DNA of 30,637 nucleotides from a virus (taxonomy: Duplodnaviria; Caudoviricetes): positions 1 to 30,637 of the IMG/VR virus record IMGVR_UViG_3300032218_000881; one strand, 5' to 3'. The notes beneath the pieces are model-generated. The model did no database searches and had not been told where the DNA came from. It saw only the letters and a list, made by a program, of their open reading frames with translations. Shown here piece by piece: positions 24,988 through 30,637 of this stretch. Positions within the stretch are counted from its first letter, which is position 1, and every line of letters starts with the position of its first letter. Both the position numbers and the translations under genes were made by a program.

Positions 24988-26153
24988 TGACAGTCCCTGT
25001 ATCAGAGCTTCAGAAGATTGCGCCAAGTGCAATTATTGAGTTGTTTGAATTGCAACTGATTACAGCAATTCATGGCGCTAACACAATCTATCGTTTTCAT
25101 GCTGGCACCAACGCAACAACTGCTAATGGCAATGTTGTTTGGGCTGGCAATACGTACCAAGCATTTCCAATCGAAGCAGACGGTTTTGAGTACAGCGGCA
25201 ATGGGCAGCTCCCACGTCCAAAGATCCGCGTAAGCAACATCCTTGGAACCATTACCGCAATCATCCTGGCTACACCGCTTGAGGGCGCCAAGGTCACACG
25301 TATTCGCACGATGGCTAGATATCTTGATGCGGTAAATTTTGCTGGAAACAACTTGCTCTTGTGGAGCGAAGACATTACGCAAACAGTTTATTTTGTAAGC
25401 CAATGCACAAAAACATCAACGACTACTATCACTCTTACCGGAACGTCTGATCCTTATTGTGGTCAGCAAGTAGGAAGTCTGGGATCAATTCTCAATCGCA
25501 CATTTTCAGCAGGCGTAAAACTAAAGGGCATTGGCGCTTCAATTGGTAAGTACGTTAGCCTTTATTTATACTCGTCATCAACAAATGAAGTTGCCAATGT
25601 ACAAGTAGGCCCATTGACAAGCGAATACCAACTTTTTACAATTACCTACACATTTGTTAGCTCCACTAACACTGGCATACAGTTTCGAGTTGATGCCGAG
25701 CTTGGGACAGGATGGTCAATAGGCCAAGCATTTGATGCTACAGAATGGCAAGTAAATGAAGGCAGTTTACTTTTCCCTTACCAACCAACTTTTAGCACAC
25801 AAAATCCTTACGGCACGCCGGATCCAACCGCTGAGTTTCCTCGTGAAATCTATTACATAGATCGCAAATCAGCAGAAAACCGCGATGTTGTTGAGTTTGA
25901 ACTTGCAGCAAGTTTTGATCTTATCGGCGTTAGAGCACCAAAACGCCAGTGCATCAGCAACATTTGCCAGTGGGTTTACCGCTCAGCGGAATGTTCTTAC
26001 ACCGGCACCAACTATTTCACCGAAAGCGATGTAGCCACTACTCTTGCCAATGATGTCTGTGGTAAGCGCGTAAGCTCTTGCAAGGCTCGTTTTGGTGCAA
26101 CTGCACAACTTCCGTTTGGATCGTTTCCAGGCGTTGGCACCTACTTCACATGA
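24987..26153 (+). CDS. Minor tail protein L with an inserted domain
   Basis: [35 protein letters not shown]; C-terminal Cys cluster CQW.YR..EC...D.CGK....C. Confidence 0.92.
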   Translation: MTVPVSELQKIAPSAIIELFELQLITAIHGANTIYRFHAGTNATTANGNVVWAGNTYQAFPIEADGFEYSGNGQLPRPKIRVSNILGTITAIILATPLEGAKVTRIRTMARYLDAVNFAGNNLLLWSEDITQTVYFVSQCTKTSTTTITLTGTSDPYCGQQVGSLGSILNRTFSAGVKLKGIGASIGKYVSLYLYSSSTNEVANVQVGPLTSEYQLFTITYTFVSSTNTGIQFRVDAELGTGWSIGQAFDATEWQVNEGSLLFPYQPTFSTQNPYGTPDPTAEFPREIYYIDRKSAENRDVVEFELAASFDLIGVRAPKRQCISNICQWVYRSAECSYTGTNYFTESDVATTLANDVCGKRVSSCKARFGATAQLPFGSFPGVGTYFT

Positions 26154-26875
26154 ACGACATCACACGTACTGTTGCATTGCAACACGCCAAGGTCGATGAT
26201 CCTCGTGAGGCTTGCGGATTGGTGGTGATCGTCAAAGGCCGCGAACGCTACTGGCCGTGCCGCAACCTCAGTCCCGAGCCTGGTGACTTCTTTGTACTTG
26301 ATCCAGACGACTATGCCGCAGCAGAAGATACCGGCGAAATTGTGGCTATCTTCCATAGCCACCCGACCACAAATCCAGAACCGTCACAAGCCGACCGTGT
26401 TGCCTGTGAAAAGTCTGGTTTGCCTTGGTACATCGTCAATCCAAAAACCGAAGCATGGGGTGAATGCAAGCCCAATGGCTATATGGCGCCATTGATTGGC
26501 CGCGAATGGGTGTGGGGTGTACAGGACTGCTGGACGCTTGCCCGTGATTGGTATGGTGAACAAGGCATTGTGTTACCTGATTGGGAACGGCCTTTGACCT
26601 ACGCCGAGTTTGAAGCAGATCCGATGTTTTGCCGTTGCTGGACAGAAGCAGGTTTTACACGGGTAGTAGAAGAAGACATTCAGCCAGGTGATGCAGTGTT
26701 CATGTGCGTGTCAGGTAGTGGCTTGAATCATATTGGCGTTTACCTAGGCGATCAGATGTTGCTCCACCATCTTGGACCTAACCGACTTAGCAGTCGAGAT
26801 CTTTACGGCGGCTGGTTAATGAAATGCACTGGATGGGTTGGACGACTTAAACTTGATAAAGGATTGGTGGTCTAA
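26150..26875 (+). CDS. Tail assembly protein K (JAB + NlpC/P60)
   Basis: HSHP...PSQAD; DCWTL...HIGVYLG...LHH; ATG 26150. Confidence 0.92.
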   Translation: MNDITRTVALQHAKVDDPREACGLVVIVKGRERYWPCRNLSPEPGDFFVLDPDDYAAAEDTGEIVAIFHSHPTTNPEPSQADRVACEKSGLPWYIVNPKTEAWGECKPNGYMAPLIGREWVWGVQDCWTLARDWYGEQGIVLPDWERPLTYAEFEADPMFCRCWTEAGFTRVVEEDIQPGDAVFMCVSGSGLNHIGVYLGDQMLLHHLGPNRLSSRDLYGGWLMKCTGWVGRLKLDKGLVV

Positions 26876-27459
26876 TGCGCGAGATCAGGGTCTACGGGGC
26901 ATTGGCCAAATTTCTTAAGCGCCGTGTGTTTCGCGCTGAGGTAGCAACGGCAGCTGAGGCAGTGCGTTTTCTAGCGGCAAATTTCCCTGCGGTTGAAAAG
27001 CACATGGCTGATCATCATTACCGGGTAAGCCTTGGAGAACGTGATCTAGCACTAGAAGAAATTTACGATCCGGCTGGTCAGCAGATAATCAAGATCGCGC
27101 CTGTAGTAGCTGGTGCCGGTGCGGTGGGAAGAATTATTGCAGGTGTGGCATTAATTGCATTAGCCAGTGTGGTTACCTTTGGCACTCTTGGAGGGGCAGT
27201 AGCCGCTGGCGTACTAAATAGCATGGTATTTGGATTGGGCGCCAGTTTGGCACTTGGTGGTGTTGCTCAACTGCTTACACCTACGCCATCGTTATCAACT
27301 GGTGCTAATTCAGATAACGATGCCCGCAAATCTTATAGTTTCAGCGGCATCCAAAATACATCACGCCAAGGAACACCCGTGCCAGTTGTTTATGGCGAAG
27401 TGATAGTTGGTTCTATTGTCATCAGTGCTGGCATTGACATTGCCCAGGTAGCTGTATGA
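26875..27459 (+). CDS. Tail assembly protein I
   Basis: IRVYGAL...PVVAGAG...SYSFSGIQNTSRQGTPVPVVYG. Confidence 0.92.
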   Translation: MREIRVYGALAKFLKRRVFRAEVATAAEAVRFLAANFPAVEKHMADHHYRVSLGERDLALEEIYDPAGQQIIKIAPVVAGAGAVGRIIAGVALIALASVVTFGTLGGAVAAGVLNSMVFGLGASLALGGVAQLLTPTPSLSTGANSDNDARKSYSFSGIQNTSRQGTPVPVVYGEVIVGSIVISAGIDIAQVAV

Positions 27460-30400
27460 CTATAATTCGTGGCGCAAAGGGTGGCTTTGGCAAAGGTGGC
27501 GGTAAGGCACAACGCACACCAACAGAGGTGCCGGATAGCCTTGTCTCTACATCTTATGCCAAAGTAGTTGACCTAATTTCAGAAGGTGAAATTGTCGGCT
27601 TGAAGGATGGTTTGAAATCAGTTTATGTTGAAAATACGCCGCTTCAAAATGCAGACGATACTTATAATTTTCAAAATGTAACTCTTATTACGCGCACTGG
27701 AACACAAGCGCAAGATTACATACCAGGTTTTGATGATATCAGTAATGAAGTAGCTGTTGGTGTCACAGTTCTTCAGGCTACGCCCGTTGTTCGCACCATT
27801 ACTGATACATCTGTTAATGCTGTGCGAGTCACCATAACGGTGCCACAGCTTCAAGAAATAGGAAACAATGGCGACATTGGCGGGGCTTCTTTTCGGGTTC
27901 GCGTTCTGGTTCAATATAACGGTGGCGGCTATAACTTAGTTGTTAATGATGTTGTAATTGGACGCGCATCACAATCGTATCAACGCCAGTACTCAATAGA
28001 TCTTTCAGGTGCTTTTCCGATTGACGTTAAGGTTGAACGATTTAACCCAGACAGTACAAGCGCTAGACTTATCAATGCCTTTAGCTGGAGCAGCTACACA
28101 GAAGTCACCTACGCAAAACTTGCCTATCCAAACTCTGCACTGGTTGGTGTTCGCATTGATGCGGAACAATTCAACAATATTCCAAGTCGTTCTTATCGTA
28201 TTCGTGGCATTAAAGTTAGAATTCCAAGTAATGCCACAGTTGACAACGCTACTGGACGTGTAATTTATTCAGGCATCTGGGACGGCACATTTGGCGCAGC
28301 GCAGTGGTCTACTGACCCCGCATGGTGCTTGTGGGATTTGCTTACCAGCACTAGGTATGGATTTGGCAATCATATTGATACCACACAGCTTGACAAGTTT
28401 GCTTTTTATTCAGCTAGTCAGTATGCCTCGGCCTTAGTACCAGATGGTTTTGGCAGACAAGAACCACGTTTTTCTTGCAACATTAACATTCAAACCGCAG
28501 AAGATGCCTACAAGCTGATCAATGACATGTGCTCGGTATTTCGTGCCATGCCATACTGGAGTACTGGTGCGCTAACTGTTTCACAAGACAAGCCAGTAGA
28601 TTCAGCTTATTTGTTTACATTGGCAAATGTAAGCGAAGGAGGTTTTACTTATAGCGGTTCTAGCCTCAAGACTAGACCAACAGTTGCAGTTGTTCAATAC
28701 AACGATCTTAATTTGCGAGATGCCGCGTATGAAGTCACAGAAGATCAGGCTGGAATTGCCAAATTTGGAGTTATTAAAACTGAAATAACAGCTTTTGCCT
28801 GCACATCCCGTGGCCAGGCACACCGCCTTGGAGAATGGTTGCTTTATTCAAGTCAAGCAGAAACTGAAACTGTTTCCTTTAGTGCGTCTATTGACGCTGG
28901 TGTCCTTGTCAGACCTGGCCAGGTTATTGAAATCAGTGATCCTGTGCGGGCTGGTGTCCGACGTGGTGGACGTATTCGATCAGCAACAACAACAGCAATC
29001 ACAATTGATGATGCTACTGGCTTGGCAGCAACAAGCAGCCCAATGCTTTCAGTTATTCTTAGCGATGGCACCGTACAGGCTCGGGCAGTTTCAACGGTAA
29101 TTGGAAACGTCATTACTGTTGCCACTGCATTCAGTTTGGCACCCAATGCCAACTCGGTTTGGATCTTTGAAAATTCAACGCTGCAAACAACTACATGGCG
29201 TGTGCTTGGCGTACAAGAACAAGATCAAGCTCAATACAGTATTACAGCATTAGCTTATAACAGTTCAAAGTATGACTACATTGAACGTGGTGTGCCTCTT
29301 CAGGTGCGCACCGTAAGCAATCTAAATAACGTTCCAGATGCACCAATAAACCTCAGCTTAACCGAAGCGTTATACTCATATCAAGCACAAGTACGTTCTA
29401 AAATTATTGTCAACTGGCAAGGTATTCCAGGGATTAACCAGTACATTGTTAAGTGGCGTAAAGATTCGGGAAACTGGACGACCATTACTCGCCAGCAACA
29501 AGACTATGAAATCCTAGACACGACACCTGGATTCTTTGAAGTCAACATTTACAGCCTCAGCGCTGGCGGTCAATCCTCAGCCACACCGTTATCTGGTTCC
29601 ATCTCAGCGCTTGGCAAAACTGCGCCACCAAGTAACGTTACAACTTTTGCCGCTACATTGGATCCCGATGTTGGCATCACACTAAACTGGAATCCAATTA
29701 CAGATCTAGACCTTCAAGGATATGAAATTTGGCAAGGTGCTTCATGGGGTAATGGCATCAAGCTTGGTTTGTTTGCTGCTACCAGTAAAAAACTTGGCTT
29801 AGTTGATCCAGGAACAACAACGTGGTGGATCAAGGCACTAGATACCAGTGGTATATACAGTACAACAGCAATCAGCGCGTCAATTACAATTGCAATAGCA
29901 CCGGCTCCAACCGTAAGCGGTGCATTTGCCGGTGAAAACTTTACACTTTCTTGGAATGCGGTAACTGGCAACCTGGCAACTGTTGTCTATGAAGTGCGAT
30001 ATGGAACAACATCTAGCACTTGGGCAACAGCCACCTCCATTGGCACTGTCAAGGGAACTACCTTTACGAGTCAAGCAAACTGGGGTGGTACTCGTCGATT
30101 CTTTGTTGCAGTAATTGATCTAAATGGAACATACGGCGACAGTAATTATTTTGATGCCGTTATTATTCTTCCATCGCAACCCAGCATTAGCCAGCAGGTA
30201 ATCGATAATAATGTTTTGCTGCAATGGACCGATTCCACGCAAACATTGCCAATCATTGTTTACGAATTGCGTAAAGGTGCAACCTATGCAGGTGCCACCG
30301 TAATTGGCACCAAGCAAGGCAAGTTTACTACTGTCTTTGAAACTGCATCAGGTACCTATACCTATTGGCTGGTAGGCATTGATTCCGCTGGCAACTATGG

Positions 30401-30637
30401 AACACCAGGCAGCATCTCCGCTCAGGTTAATCAACCACCTGATTACATATTGAAACTGGATCAAGACAGCACTTTCAGCGGCACAAAAACAAACCTTGCA
30501 GCCGAAAGCAATAACCTATACGCCAATATCAACACCACGGAAACTTGGCAGTCACACTTTACAAGCCGTAGCTGGAGCACACCACAAGATCAGATCAACG
30601 CAGGTTATCCCTACTATGCAATGCCAACACCAAGCAC
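27456..30637 (+). CDS. Tail tip/host specificity protein J (truncated by window)
   Basis: ATG 27456; DLISEGEIVGL, YPNSALVG, WDGTF, PAWCLWDLLT.TRYG, EPRFSCN; Fn3-like repeats; absent from the track, consistent with no stop in the window. Confidence 0.93.
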   Translation, partial: MTIIRGAKGGFGKGGGKAQRTPTEVPDSLVSTSYAKVVDLISEGEIVGLKDGLKSVYVENTPLQNADDTYNFQNVTLITRTGTQAQDYIPGFDDISNEVAVGVTVLQATPVVRTITDTSVNAVRVTITVPQLQEIGNNGDIGGASFRVRVLVQYNGGGYNLVVNDVVIGRASQSYQRQYSIDLSGAFPIDVKVERFNPDSTSARLINAFSWSSYTEVTYAKLAYPNSALVGVRIDAEQFNNIPSRSYRIRGIKVRIPSNATVDNATGRVIYSGIWDGTFGAAQWSTDPAWCLWDLLTSTRYGFGNHIDTTQLDKFAFYSASQYASALVPDGFGRQEPRFSCNINIQTAEDAYKLINDMCSVFRAMPYWSTGALTVSQDKPVDSAYLFTLANVSEGGFTYSGSSLKTRPTVAVVQYNDLNLRDAAYEVTEDQAGIAKFGVIKTEITAFACTSRGQAHRLGEWLLYSSQAETETVSFSASIDAGVLVRPGQVIEISDPVRAGVRRGGRIRSATTTAITIDDATGLAATSSPMLSVILSDGTVQARAVSTVIGNVITVATAFSLAPNANSVWIFENSTLQTTTWRVLGVQEQDQAQYSITALAYNSSKYDYIERGVPLQVRTVSNLNNVPDAPINLSLTEALYSYQAQVRSKIIVNWQGIPGINQYIVKWRKDSGNWTTITRQQQDYEILDTTPGFFEVNIYSLSAGGQSSATPLSGSISALGKTAPPSNVTTFAATLDPDVGITLNWNPITDLDLQGYEIWQGASWGNGIKLGLFAATSKKLGLVDPGTTTWWIKALDTSGIYSTTAISASITIAIAPAPTVSGAFAGENFTLSWNAVTGNLATVVYEVRYGTTSSTWATATSIGTVKGTTFTSQANWGGTRRFFVAVIDLNGTYGDSNYFDAVIILPSQPSISQQVIDNNVLLQWTDSTQTLPIIVYELRKGATYAGATVIGTKQGKFTTVFETASGTYTYWLVGIDSAGNYGTPGSISAQVNQPPDYILKLDQDSTFSGTKTNLAAESNNLYANINTTETWQSHFTSRSWSTPQDQINAGYPYYAMPTPS

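Larger units (their letters stand above)
1..30637. mobile_element. Siphovirus (phage/prophage) genome segment, probable cyanophage
   Basis: Contiguous terminase-portal-MuF-scaffold-capsid-connector-tail tube-TMP-M/L/K/I/J order plus phage recombination and replication genes; no host housekeeping genes. Confidence 0.97.

Noticed and set aside
25347-25802. Intein or intron in gpL
   Set aside because: No N-terminal Cys/Ser or C-terminal His-Asn, no homing motifs, and the frame is continuous
27456-30637. Non-coding or fragmented region suggested by the ORF track; DGR target
   Set aside because: It reads as one gpJ frame running off the end; no reverse transcriptase or TR/VR pair was seen

Overview
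A 30.6-kb segment of a lambda-like siphovirus (phage or prophage). Gene content and style resemble siphoviruses of picocyanobacteria (Synechococcus/Cyanobium); the host is inferred, not proven. The left ~8.1 kb is a mostly leftward early region: many small ORFs, HNH, DUF3310, ssb, a Sak3-like annealase, rusA and a PD-(D/E)XK nuclease. It is driven by three copies of a conserved 46-bp promoter and contains a divergent NblA-like gene. A rightward RHH/replication-initiator module with four iterons follows, then terS/terL, an inserted Lys-rich HEXXH protein, portal, MuF, scaffold, major capsid and head-tail connectors. The tail module has two paralogous tail-tube genes, a -1 frameshifted chaperone, tape measure and lambda M/L/K/I/J-type tip genes; J runs off the right end. 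I saw no integrase, CI repressor, lysis genes, tRNA or CRISPR array. Best leads: the promoter/operator family with an RpaB(HLR1)-like box, an RHH-antisense RNA-Rep module, a putative virion-loaded polymorphic metallopeptidase with an acidic partner, the NblA-like gene and the duplicated tail tube. All product calls come from motif recognition by eye; no database search was run.
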